Positions 10,677 to 19,849 of a stretch of DNA of 48,606 nt are shown here, piece by piece (the first letter of the stretch is position 1; every line of letters starts with the position of its first letter). This stretch comes from Myxococcota bacterium. Lineage in GTDB: Bacteria > Myxococcota_A > UBA796 > GCA-2862545. A program made the position numbers and the translations under genes. A model generated the notes under the pieces. It worked only from the letters and a program-made list of their open reading frames with translations, made no database searches and was not told the origin of the DNA. Location of the stretch: contig JBCCQY010000056.1 of assembly GCA_039208735.1 (NCBI GenBank), positions 1 through 48,606 on the forward strand. The letters run 5' to 3'.

Positions 10677-10757
10677 TTGCGGGTTGCCGCCGTGCGGCTC
10701 AATCGGCGATTTGCGTGGCTCGATGGGCCGGCCTACGTCCGTAACAGCGGAGGCGGA

Positions 10758-11672
10758 ATGGGCTTTGAAGGCTATCACAGGGATGCTTGGAATCGACATG
10801 GAAACGCTCCTCAAGAGGTGTTTGAAGAGCTTCCTGCAGGGCGAGATCTTGCCGAGACTGGGAAGCACCTTGCCGCCTGGGGCGCGCTAGTCGCGCATGT
10901 GGCTGGCGAGCATCTCGGCCGTTGGTCCGAGGGGATCGCATTACTCGATACGATTGCCGCAGATGAACGATTTGCCGAGGCCGAGGCGGCACGACGGTCG
11001 CTACATCGGAGTCGCGCGGCGTTGTTGATCGGTGCGGGTGACCGTGCGGGGGCGGATGCGGTGGTGGCCGAGAATCTAGACGACGCCTGGCCGGAAGCCT
11101 CCTCGCAGATCCGCGTGTGGACGACCGCCACGACCGCCCTCGCCATGCAAGGTGAGATCGACAAGGCCACCGCGTTGTTTCAAGAAGCGCTCAAGGCCAG
11201 CGCCTACGGCCCCGACGCCAAGGATCCGGCGAGTCGCGCTCTCGCGATTTCTGGAAACAACCTTGCCATGGATCTCGAGGATCTCTCCGGTCGAAGTCCG
11301 GCTCAAGATGCGCTGATGATCTTGGCCGCACGGACGTCTCGGACGTGGTGGGCGGTCGCGGGAGACGCCACCAATGTGCTGTTGGCCGATGTGCGTGTCG
11401 CGTCGAGCCTGCTGGCCGCAGGGAACGCGAGCGACGCACTGCCCTTCGCCGAGGCGGCGAGTCGGGGTTCAGAAGCGGAAGGAACGTTGGCGGGCTACCG
11501 CATTCAGGCGATGCTGGTCTTAGGCAAAGCCCGTCAAGGGGTGGGCGACGCACAGGGTGCGGCGGCAGCGGTGGCGAAGGCCGATGAGGCCTTCACGCAT
11601 CTCCCGGAGGCCTACCGTGCGTATTACGAGTCGCAAATCGAGGCGTTGCGGGCGGACTTGATGGGCGGCTGA
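10758..11672 (+). CDS. Hypothetical all-helical TPR-like protein
   Basis: ATG after GGAGG; Ala-rich amphipathic helical repeats (A..G....A...F..AL). Confidence 0.75.
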   Translation: MGFEGYHRDAWNRHGNAPQEVFEELPAGRDLAETGKHLAAWGALVAHVAGEHLGRWSEGIALLDTIAADERFAEAEAARRSLHRSRAALLIGAGDRAGADAVVAENLDDAWPEASSQIRVWTTATTALAMQGEIDKATALFQEALKASAYGPDAKDPASRALAISGNNLAMDLEDLSGRSPAQDALMILAARTSRTWWAVAGDATNVLLADVRVASSLLAAGNASDALPFAEAASRGSEAEGTLAGYRIQAMLVLGKARQGVGDAQGAAAAVAKADEAFTHLPEAYRAYYESQIEALRADLMGG

Positions 11673-11704
11673 CCGCATGGCGTGGACGCCAAGCGCGGGA
11701 TCGC

Positions 11705-14700
11705 TCAGTCAAGCAAGGCAAGTTGCTTTCGAATGCGCTTGCGACCTTCTTCATCGCCCAAACGAAGGTAGCGTTGTTCCGCTAACGTGTAGCCCTCGCG
11801 CGCTCGCTCCCTTGACCCAGATTCGGCCGCACGTCGCGCAGCCCACTCGATAGGCCAAGCCGCGTCGACTTCCATGGCCGGATTTTCGTGTTGAAGTTCG
11901 GTCGTTCGGTTGAGCCACTGACGCCACGCGCTGCGGTCTCCGGCCACACAGAACAACAGCGCTCCCGACGCAATCCATGCGATGCGTGGGTTTTCATCGG
12001 TGACCAGTCGTTCGAGGGTGAATCGGGCCTGCGAGGTTTCGCCCCGCGTGAGCTGGGTCAGCGAGACCTCGAGTTCGCCAAGGGCAGCATCGGCGCCCAA
12101 CGCGCGAAGTTCGTCGCGGGCGCGTCGAGCCCGTTCCATGGCCAACACCATGTCGCCCTCGCCTCGTGCCACGGCGCCCAGGTACGCTTCGATGCGCGCG
12201 GCAAGCACGTGGTCGCCCCCCTCCCGAAACACCTTTTGGGCTCGCGTGAGCCAGGGGCTGGCCTCGCGGGGTTGCCCACGCCGCAGAAGGTCTTCCCCCT
12301 TCTCGAACCAGGTCCGGGCTTCTTCGTCGGCCGTCGTCCAGGCGGGGTCGTCCTCGGTCCGTCCGTCGGTGCCGACGTCCGATGTGGTGGGCAAGGTCTC
12401 GAGGTCGCCAGGGCCAAGGTCTTCGCCGGTCGTCCCAAGCAAATCGAAGCTCTCCGGCAATTCGGTCGCGGCGGTGGGCTCGAACTCAACGATGCCCTCG
12501 AGCACGGGCTCTACAACGTCCGAGTCCTCGTCGTACTCGACCTGCACGATCTGCACCACGGGCTCGGCCAACGTCGTTCCGGGGCTGGTATTCGATTGGG
12601 GGGCTCGAACCGACCGCGGCGATGGCGTCGGAGGGCTGTGGCCGACCTCGATCAGCTGGGTCGGGAGGCGGGCCACATCGTCGGGAGCTCGGCGGCGGGT
12701 CACCGTTGGTGGATGAGCCGATTCTGCGAACGAGCGGAACTGGACCCGGCGAATATGGTCGTCGCGGTATCGAAGCTTATCCATGATGCTCTCGGCCGCA
12801 CCGAGCAAGACGGACTTGCGATCCGCAGGGGCTACGCGCAACAGGCCGACGAGGGTGTCGAGCGCTTCATCGAATTCGTTGGCTTCGATGAAGTGTCGGA
12901 TGCCGCGGTCCTGGGCGGACGAACGGTCTTTCTTTACCAAGGCACGCGCCGCGGACCGGTGGTGGTGGTCGAAACGGTTGGCCTCGACGGCCCGTTGAAC
13001 CAACGCACCGCGCAAAAGCGGATGGGCCAGCGTCCATCGAGGAGGGCGTCCGGGTCGTGCGGAGCGTTTGGTGAGCCCGGCCGACAGCATGGCCGTGCGG
13101 GCGTCCTCGGCCAAGGGCTGGCCAGCTTCGCTCGTCGCTGCACTCCAGTCGCTCTCGCGAATTCGCTCCCCGCCCATGATCGCCAACACTTCGAGGGCTT
13201 CGGGCGCTGTCGGGTGGTCGTCGATCAAGGGGAGCAGCCGGGCCTCGATGCTCTGGCGAATGGACTTTGGCACCGTCGGTGACGAGGCCTGCCGAAGGTC
13301 GAACCCCGTTGAGGTGGGCATGAGCAGCCCTTGACGAGCCCAGTCGATGACTGCATGCACGGCATACAGCGGATTGCCGTGGGTGCGGGCCACGAGTTCC
13401 TTGGCGAGCCGTGGAGCAAGGCCCGTGCCTTTGTCGACCAGTTCGCGCTGAAGCCCGTCGGGCAACGTGGGCACCTGCAAGATGATGGATCGTGCACGCA
13501 ACGCATCGACCGCAGCAGAGCGCGTCGACGACCGTTGGTCAGGGTTCAGGGTCGCCACGACGAGTACGGGTAGATCGGTATCGAGAAGGGCGTTGGCGAG
13601 GTCGAGGGACTCTCCTGCCCGATGCAGATCGTCGATCACGAACAACAACGGCCGCTCGTCCGAGATGGCCATGATGAGGCCGAGCCAGTCCTCGGGGGTG
13701 CGCTTGGATTGGCCGTCCTGCGGCTGCAGCAGTTCGGCGAACTCAAACGACCGCCGATCTGGATCTTCGTCGCCAAGGCGTTTGAGCCAGCTCCGCAGTC
13801 GCTGGGCGGCATCGTCCAGGTCGAGGCCTTGCAGCTGCAAGTGATTGACGGCGGCCGCAGGCAGCCCCACATCCCGCCCACGGTGCCGCACCCAAAGAAC
13901 TTCCGCCGCCCCGGTTTCGTGGGCGCGCTCCGCGAGCCATCGGGCGAGGCGTGTTGTGCCGACGCCCGCCTCTCCTTCGATGACGACGGCGCGTGGTGTC
14001 CGTGCGGCGCTGACCTCGCCGAGGGCTTGCCAAAGCTGGTCTTGAAGGAGGGCGCGGCCCACGAGTGGCCAGGGTCGCAACAAGAAGACCGCGAGACCCA
14101 TGCCCTTGGGACGTTCCGTGGTCGGTCCGTGGGCGGGACGCCATTCGGCAGGGATCGGTGGCGGCAGCACGGGGTGAGTGTCGAGCGTCGAAAACGCATG
14201 GGCCGCGTCGGCTGCACACCGAAAGCGACGCGTGGGCTTCCGGTCGAGCATTCGCTCGATCCACGCCGCTCCACCCAAAGGCAGGTCAAAGGTCGCAGCG
14301 ATGGGCGGAATCGGGTCGGAAAGTTGGCGGCGGAGCACCGCCTCGCGCGACTTTCCAACAAACGGGGGCCGGCCCGCAAGCAGGCCGTAGGACAGACAAC
14401 CCAGGGCGTACAAGTCGGTCCAGGGACCCATGTCGTGGACCCGACCGAGCACCTGTTCTGGCGCCATGTAGCCGGGGGTGCCCGCGGCGGCGCTCGAGGG
14501 GGAGTTTCGCGTCAGGGCGTAGGCGATGCCGAAGTCGGTGAGGGCCGGGGTGCCATCGTCGCGAACCAGTACGTTTTGGGGCTTGAGGTCGCGGTGCACG
14601 ATCTCGCGTGCGTGGCTGTGGGCTAGCCCGTCGAGCAGGTGCAGGACGATGCCGGAAAGCTCTTCCCAAGACGTGACGGGCGGTCGGTCGGCAAAGGTCC

Positions 14701-15013
14701 CCGCACCCGCGAATTCCATGGCCAGCCAAGGTGCTCCGGCGACCAGTCGTCCTTCGGAAGCTTCGGCGGCTTGTGCGGAGACCACACCGTAGTCGTAGAC
14801 CCGCACAATCGCGGGGTGGTCAAGCGAGGCGACGGATCGGACCTCGAAGCGAAACACGTCGAGCAGCCGCTCGTCATCGGCGAACTTCTCGCGCAGGAGT
14901 TTCACCGCGACAGGCACGCCCTCGGGGTGTTGAGCACGCCAGACGCTGCCCATGCCCCCTCGCCCAATGGGGTGCGATAGCAAGAGCGGCCCGAGCCGAA
15001 TGGGCGCGGTCAC
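11705..15013 (-). CDS. Ser/Thr protein kinase fused to STAND-like P-loop ATPase and TPR region
   Basis: IGRGGMGSVW, VAVK, HRDLKPQN, DFG, GTPGYMAPE; then PLVGR, GEAGVGTT (Walker A-like), FVIDDLH (Walker B), HPLLR; GTG start overlaps upstream TGA. Confidence 0.9.
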   Translation of the reverse strand: MTAPIRLGPLLLSHPIGRGGMGSVWRAQHPEGVPVAVKLLREKFADDERLLDVFRFEVRSVASLDHPAIVRVYDYGVVSAQAAEASEGRLVAGAPWLAMEFAGAGTFADRPPVTSWEELSGIVLHLLDGLAHSHAREIVHRDLKPQNVLVRDDGTPALTDFGIAYALTRNSPSSAAAGTPGYMAPEQVLGRVHDMGPWTDLYALGCLSYGLLAGRPPFVGKSREAVLRRQLSDPIPPIAATFDLPLGGAAWIERMLDRKPTRRFRCAADAAHAFSTLDTHPVLPPPIPAEWRPAHGPTTERPKGMGLAVFLLRPWPLVGRALLQDQLWQALGEVSAARTPRAVVIEGEAGVGTTRLARWLAERAHETGAAEVLWVRHRGRDVGLPAAAVNHLQLQGLDLDDAAQRLRSWLKRLGDEDPDRRSFEFAELLQPQDGQSKRTPEDWLGLIMAISDERPLLFVIDDLHRAGESLDLANALLDTDLPVLVVATLNPDQRSSTRSAAVDALRARSIILQVPTLPDGLQRELVDKGTGLAPRLAKELVARTHGNPLYAVHAVIDWARQGLLMPTSTGFDLRQASSPTVPKSIRQSIEARLLPLIDDHPTAPEALEVLAIMGGERIRESDWSAATSEAGQPLAEDARTAMLSAGLTKRSARPGRPPRWTLAHPLLRGALVQRAVEANRFDHHHRSAARALVKKDRSSAQDRGIRHFIEANEFDEALDTLVGLLRVAPADRKSVLLGAAESIMDKLRYRDDHIRRVQFRSFAESAHPPTVTRRRAPDDVARLPTQLIEVGHSPPTPSPRSVRAPQSNTSPGTTLAEPVVQIVQVEYDEDSDVVEPVLEGIVEFEPTAATELPESFDLLGTTGEDLGPGDLETLPTTSDVGTDGRTEDDPAWTTADEEARTWFEKGEDLLRRGQPREASPWLTRAQKVFREGGDHVLAARIEAYLGAVARGEGDMVLAMERARRARDELRALGADAALGELEVSLTQLTRGETSQARFTLERLVTDENPRIAWIASGALLFCVAGDRSAWRQWLNRTTELQHENPAMEVDAAWPIEWAARRAAESGSRERAREGYTLAEQRYLRLGDEEGRKRIRKQLALLD

Positions 15014-15522
15014 GAGGTACTCTCCGATCGGTTGCGCTGACGCCAGAACCGAATCCCGAGCCGAATCGCCCACAGCGCTGCGGTGACCGCCAAGAGGGGC
15101 AGGGCAAGGTCCACGGTGACTTCGCTCCCGATGACCCCAATCTCGTAGGTCTCCCAGGAAAACGGGGCGAGGAGCGGGTAGCCGCGCCCGTGGTGGTATT
15201 GCAACAGGTCGATCAGGACATGCACCGCGGCGCCGATGGTCAGGGCGATGAAGGCCTCGGTCCGCTGGCCCTTCACGAAGGACTGCGACAGGCTCGCGGA
15301 GGCCAAGAGGAGCCCTGCAGGAGAATGAAAAGCGCCGAACGACCAAATGACCGGATCGGGAATGCCGACCCCGTTGTCTTGAGCGATCTCGAGGGCCATG
15401 GGCACGGCTCGTCCCAACGCATCGGGCAGTACGGTCCCTACCGCGACGAGGCCCAGGGCCCGGGAGCGAACGAGCACGCCGGGCAGGAGGACGGCGCAAA
15501 CGTGCGTGACAAGGTCAGCCAC
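15010..15522 (-). CDS. Membrane-bound metal-dependent hydrolase (YdjM-like)
   Basis: N-terminal VTH, G..LPD, FHS, HVLID, LLAPF motifs within TM segments. Confidence 0.75.
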   Translation of the reverse strand: MADLVTHVCAVLLPGVLVRSRALGLVAVGTVLPDALGRAVPMALEIAQDNGVGIPDPVIWSFGAFHSPAGLLLASASLSQSFVKGQRTEAFIALTIGAAVHVLIDLLQYHHGRGYPLLAPFSWETYEIGVIGSEVTVDLALPLLAVTAALWAIRLGIRFWRQRNRSESTS

Positions 15523-15952
15523 GGATAATCACTCCCTTTCGTCCTACGCGCAGCGTGAGCAAGGCGACGCCTCCGGCCAGTACAAGGCCCAGTACCCCGA
15601 GTCGCTTCTTGCCGTCACGTTGGGGAGCCTCCTCGCGCCATTGCTCGACGAGTCGGCCTCCGGGGTCGATCAACACGAGGGTCGTGACCTCCTGGCCGGT
15701 CTCGAGCCCGGTGGGATTGGCCACTACATCGAAGTTCAGGTTGCCCCGCGTCAGTCGGTAGCCCCCTGGATCCACGCGGGTCACCGTGAACAGGGACAAC
15801 ACGTGTTCGGTGCCTGGGGGCGCCTCACGGATGCCCCGGTAGCCAATGCGACCGGTCTCGGTGGCCCAGGACCACGCGAGGAGCAGAGCGAGCAGGCCAA
15901 AAATGGGGCCGACCTGCAGAACCGAGGATGTAGAGGTGGGCTTGACGTTCAC
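15515..15952 (-). CDS. Hypothetical protein with N- and C-terminal TM segments
   Basis: Two hydrophobic segments flanking a small beta-rich domain; overlaps next gene start by 8 nt; start uncertain. Confidence 0.65.
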   Translation of the reverse strand: MNVKPTSTSSVLQVGPIFGLLALLLAWSWATETGRIGYRGIREAPPGTEHVLSLFTVTRVDPGGYRLTRGNLNFDVVANPTGLETGQEVTTLVLIDPGGRLVEQWREEAPQRDGKKRLGVLGLVLAGGVALLTLRVGRKGVIIRG

Positions 15953-15980
15953 CGATCCGCCGCCTTAAGCATCTCGAACT

Positions 15981-16052
15981 GGGCGATTAACTCAGTGGGA
16001 GAGTGCCACCTTCACACGGTGGAAGTCACTGGTTCAAATCCAGTATCGCCCA
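15981..16052 (+). tRNA. tRNA-Val(CAC)
   Basis: Acceptor stem GGGCGAT/ATCGCCC, D arm, anticodon arm CCACC-TTCACAC-GGTGG, T arm ACTGG-TTCAAAT-CCAGT; discriminator A followed by TCA rather than CCA. Confidence 0.97.
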
Positions 16053-16134
16053 TCATTCTAGAGTTCCCGTAGGTCGGATCGGCAAGGCTTAGGCATGTGA
16101 TGCTGGCTGCCGTGAGCACCTGCGTTGGAGCCTC

Positions 16135-16593
16135 ATGGGAAAGCGTCTCGTCACGGTCGGTTCGGTTTCGCGCGATGCTGCGTCAGAGCGTCTGCCGTTC
16201 TTGGCCAAGCGCTACTCCGGCAGGCGCAACGCGATTCGCGAGGTCACGCACACGGCGCCGGACCTCGTCTTCTGGATCAGTCCGGAGGGTCGGTTCATCG
16301 ATGCCCGGGACGGTCACCTGCGAAACCCACCCAAGGGTTTCGAGCACATCTTAAAGGACGAGCCGGACTACGGTGGGTTTCTTCGCGGGCGCGTCGCCCG
16401 GTACGGCGATCAGCAATTCGTCGTTATGTATGTGCGGCCGGATTCGCTCGTGGAGGGACCAGCGGTGGGCCAGTTTCTCGATGGCCTGGCGGAGTTCCCG
16501 ACGCCCGTGAACCCCGATGCCCTAATCATCAGCGACAACGGCGATCTCTACGGCACGGTTGACGATCTGCGGTCCCGAGCTGTGCTTCGTTGA
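16135..16593 (+). CDS. Hypothetical protein
   Basis: ATG after GGAG; globular sequence (FWISPEG, GGFLRGRV, SDNGDLYG). Confidence 0.75.
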   Translation: MGKRLVTVGSVSRDAASERLPFLAKRYSGRRNAIREVTHTAPDLVFWISPEGRFIDARDGHLRNPPKGFEHILKDEPDYGGFLRGRVARYGDQQFVVMYVRPDSLVEGPAVGQFLDGLAEFPTPVNPDALIISDNGDLYGTVDDLRSRAVLR

Positions 16594-16626
16594 GTCGGGC
16601 ATCGGCGCTGGCGTGCGCCGCCAACG

Positions 16627-17826
16627 TCACCCGCCAGTTATCACACGCACCGCTCGCTTCTTGCCCACCCGCAGGACGGAACCTTCGGGTCCCGGAGCGA
16701 TGAGCATTTCGGGGTCGTCGAGGCGCTCGCCATCGAGCTTCACTCCGCCCTGACCCAGCAGTCGACGGGCCTCACCGCGCGACTTGGCTAGGCCAGCCCC
16801 CACGAGCACCGACAAGAGGCGCGCGTCGTCGCTCAGCACGAATTCAGGCATCGAATCGACGGCGGCCCCGCTCGCCATCGCTTTGGCCGCTTCGTCGGCC
16901 TTGCGGGCTTCGTCCTCACCGTGAAGCAGCCGGGTGGCCTCGTTCGCCAACACGCGCTTTGCCTCTCGAATGTCCTTGCCCTCGAGGGCCTCGAGCTTCG
17001 AGATTTCCGCTTCGTCGAAGAACGTGTAGAGCCGCAAGAATCGGCCCACGTCGTCGTCGTGCGCGTTGTACCAAAACTGCCAGTAGTCGAATGGGGCGCA
17101 CCGATTGGCATCGAGCCACACCGCACCGGCCGCCGTCTTGCCCATCTTTGCGCCCGTGGCCGTCGTGAGCAGGGGCGTCGTCATGCCCCAGACGTCGGCG
17201 GACGCCACGCGGCGAACGAGGTCGACCCCAGCCACGATGTTGCCCCACTGGTCGTTGCCGCCCATTTGCAAGCGGCACCCGTAGCGGCGGTGCAGCTCAA
17301 GGAAATCGTAGGCCTGAAGGATTTGGTAGTTGAACTCAATGAACGAAAGCCCGCGCTCGAGACGCTGTTTGTAGGCCTCAGCGGCAATCATTCGGTTTAC
17401 GGAGAAATGCCGTCCGATGTCGCGTAGGAAGGGAATGTACTGCACATCGAGGAGCCACTCGGCGTTGTCGACGAGCATCCCGCGTTCGCCATCGAAGTCG
17501 AGGAAGTGCGAAAGCTGCTGTCGAAGCCCGTCCGAGTTCGACGCAATCTGCTCATCCGTCATCATCTGGCGCAGCTCGGTCTTGCCAGACGGATCGCCGA
17601 CTCGCGACGTGCCACCCCCGACCACCGCGATGACCACGTGACCGGCCCGTTGGAGCCAGGACATGGCCATGATCTGAAGCAGGCTTCCGACGTGCAGGGA
17701 CACCGCCGTTGGATCGAAGCCCACATACATCGTGATGGGCCCGTCGTTGAGCGCCTTTTGGACGTCTTCGGGGTGGGTGCAATCCTGGAGGAAGCCGCGC
17801 TGTTGCAGCACCTCGTATGCGTCCAT
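16627..17826 (-). CDS. tyrS: Tyrosine--tRNA ligase
   Basis: YVGFDPTA.SLHVGS (HIGH), QMGGNDQWGNI, KMGKT (KMSKS), C-terminal S4 domain ending VGKK. Confidence 0.98.
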   Translation of the reverse strand: MDAYEVLQQRGFLQDCTHPEDVQKALNDGPITMYVGFDPTAVSLHVGSLLQIMAMSWLQRAGHVVIAVVGGGTSRVGDPSGKTELRQMMTDEQIASNSDGLRQQLSHFLDFDGERGMLVDNAEWLLDVQYIPFLRDIGRHFSVNRMIAAEAYKQRLERGLSFIEFNYQILQAYDFLELHRRYGCRLQMGGNDQWGNIVAGVDLVRRVASADVWGMTTPLLTTATGAKMGKTAAGAVWLDANRCAPFDYWQFWYNAHDDDVGRFLRLYTFFDEAEISKLEALEGKDIREAKRVLANEATRLLHGEDEARKADEAAKAMASGAAVDSMPEFVLSDDARLLSVLVGAGLAKSRGEARRLLGQGGVKLDGERLDDPEMLIAPGPEGSVLRVGKKRAVRVITGG

Positions 17827-17949
17827 GAATCGCCTCCGCGTGGGACTCGAAAGATGATTGAGGTAGTCGACGGAGCAGGTCTGTCAACGCCAAATGGCGA
17901 AGCGGCTGACCCTTGCGTTTGAGGTAGGCTGGCCGGGGAGAACCTGACG

Positions 17950-19437
17950 ATGCCCTCTGCGTTTGCCTCGATTCCGGGTCCCTCCGAGTTTTCGCGGATC
18001 GCCAACTTCTTCGTGTTCCGCGATCGGCCGACCGACTTTTTGTTGGGTCTGGCCCGTGACCACGGGCTCATGGTCCGTTTTGGACTGGGTCCGATGACCG
18101 CCGTCCTCGTCGCGGAGCCGTCACTCGTCGAACAGATTCTGCTTAGCGACTCCCATTGCTACGGCCCTGCGCAGGGTCGCGAAGACATGAAGCTCCTGCT
18201 CGGAGAGGGGCTGCTCACCTCCGTTGGCGAGGCATGGAAGCGGTCGCGTAAGCTCATGGCACCGCCACTTCGAAAACGCAGGATCGACAGCTACGCTAAA
18301 ACGATGGTGGAACGGACCGAGGCCTACGTGACGCGCCTGCCTGAGGTGGGCACCCGGGATGTCGGCGCCGACATGATGTCGCTCACGCTGCGCATCGTCA
18401 TCGACACGTTGTTCGGCGTGGACACCGGGCCAGACGTGGAGCGGGTCGGCCACCACTTGGAAAGTGCCATCCACTTCTTCGAGCGCCGGATTCGAGGGTG
18501 GTTGCGCTTTGTCCCTCAGTGGTGGCCAACCCGAGCCCGGGCTCGCTTCCTCGAGGATCGCAAGGCCATGAATCGCATCGTGTACGGCCTGATTGAAGCG
18601 GGCCGGCAGGATCCGGAAGGAGGAGACGACCTACTGCGACGGCTTCTACAGGCGCGCTACGATGACGGCTCGCCGCTATCCGAGGAAGAGCTTCGAGATC
18701 AGGTGATTACGATGTTCCTCGCGGGCCACGAGACCACCGCGCTCGCGTTGGCGTATGCGCTGCACCTTGTGGCGGCGCACCCTGAGGTCCAGGACCGGCT
18801 GCACGCGGAACTCGATGCCATCCTGGGGTCGCGCTCCGCAACGGCCGACGATCTCGCGTCATTGTCCTTCACCCGGGCGATCTTCCAAGAGGCGCTGCGG
18901 CTGTGCCCTCCAGCTTGGGCGGCCAGTCGCAAGGTTCTCGAGGACACCGAACTCGGGGGCTATCGGCTCCCTAAAGGCACCTTGCTGTTCTACTCTCCGT
19001 TCGTGACCCATCGGCAGGCGCAGTTTTTCGAAGGTCCGGATGCGTTTCGGCCCGAACGATGGCTTGATGGGCTCGAGCAGCGGCTTCCTCGCATGGCATA
19101 CCTGCCGTTCGGAGGGGGGCCTCGCATCTGCATCGGAAATCACTTTGCCCTCATGGAAGGCGGGCTTGTTCTCGCCACCTTGATGCAGGGCCTTCGCTTC
19201 CGGGATCCCCAATCTACCCTTCGTTTTTCGCCTTCTGTCACCCTTCGACCGGCTCACCCCGTGAAGCTCACCTTTCGCCGGAGATGCCCCACGCACTTAG
19301 AACATCGCCAGGATGAGGCTTACCGCGACAATGAGGACGACCTGACTGCCGGCGCCAATAAAGAACGCATTCCAACGGCGCAGGAAGGCATAGCCAGGCA
19401 TCGCCATCGCGACGAAGACGAACACGGAGAGGAATAG
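17950..19437 (+). CDS. Cytochrome P450
   Basis: AGHETT (I helix), EALR (ExxR), FRPERW, PFGGGPRICIG heme Cys; C-terminus overlaps the convergent gene. Confidence 0.96.
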   Translation: MPSAFASIPGPSEFSRIANFFVFRDRPTDFLLGLARDHGLMVRFGLGPMTAVLVAEPSLVEQILLSDSHCYGPAQGREDMKLLLGEGLLTSVGEAWKRSRKLMAPPLRKRRIDSYAKTMVERTEAYVTRLPEVGTRDVGADMMSLTLRIVIDTLFGVDTGPDVERVGHHLESAIHFFERRIRGWLRFVPQWWPTRARARFLEDRKAMNRIVYGLIEAGRQDPEGGDDLLRRLLQARYDDGSPLSEEELRDQVITMFLAGHETTALALAYALHLVAAHPEVQDRLHAELDAILGSRSATADDLASLSFTRAIFQEALRLCPPAWAASRKVLEDTELGGYRLPKGTLLFYSPFVTHRQAQFFEGPDAFRPERWLDGLEQRLPRMAYLPFGGGPRICIGNHFALMEGGLVLATLMQGLRFRDPQSTLRFSPSVTLRPAHPVKLTFRRRCPTHLEHRQDEAYRDNEDDLTAGANKERIPTAQEGIARHRHRDEDEHGEE

Positions 19438-19713
19438 CGCCAACTGAAGTGCACCTCCCACGGTCGAAACCCCCAAGCCCGCCTGTAGCAACGACACACC
19501 AACGGACAAGACAAACACACAGCCTGCCCCAATCGCGTAGGTGTAGCCAGGAACCTCCGCGGTGTGTTGTTCGCGCGTCATGTTGGGGCCACCGTAGGCT
19601 TTGGCCCAAGCCTCGCCGAACAGTGGAATGAACCAAATGGTCAGTAAGATCTGGCCTACCACGACGCACGCGAGAACAGCAAGCCAGTTCACAGCACCAA
19701 AATCGATTGCCAT
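19297..19713 (-). CDS. DUF1761-family membrane protein
   Basis: VNWLAVL..W..PLFG.AW pattern, 4 TM segments, AAGGAG SD. Confidence 0.8.
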   Translation of the reverse strand: MAIDFGAVNWLAVLACVVVGQILLTIWFIPLFGEAWAKAYGGPNMTREQHTAEVPGYTYAIGAGCVFVLSVGVSLLQAGLGVSTVGGALQLALFLSVFVFVAMAMPGYAFLRRWNAFFIGAGSQVVLIVAVSLILAMF

Positions 19714-19849
19714 GCGGTCTCCTTCATTCGTCACGGTTCTTAGTCAGGCCACTGTTATCGTGGATGCATCAGACCGTGTTCGATGTGGCAACGACAGGAG
19801 CGCAAGTCAATGACGTTACCCTGTGCACATTGCGTGTGGAGGCGATTCG

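Noticed and set aside
15981..16626. Integrative element at tRNA-Val
   Set aside because: No integrase, no duplicated tRNA 3' end noticed, no composition shift; tyrS follows immediately
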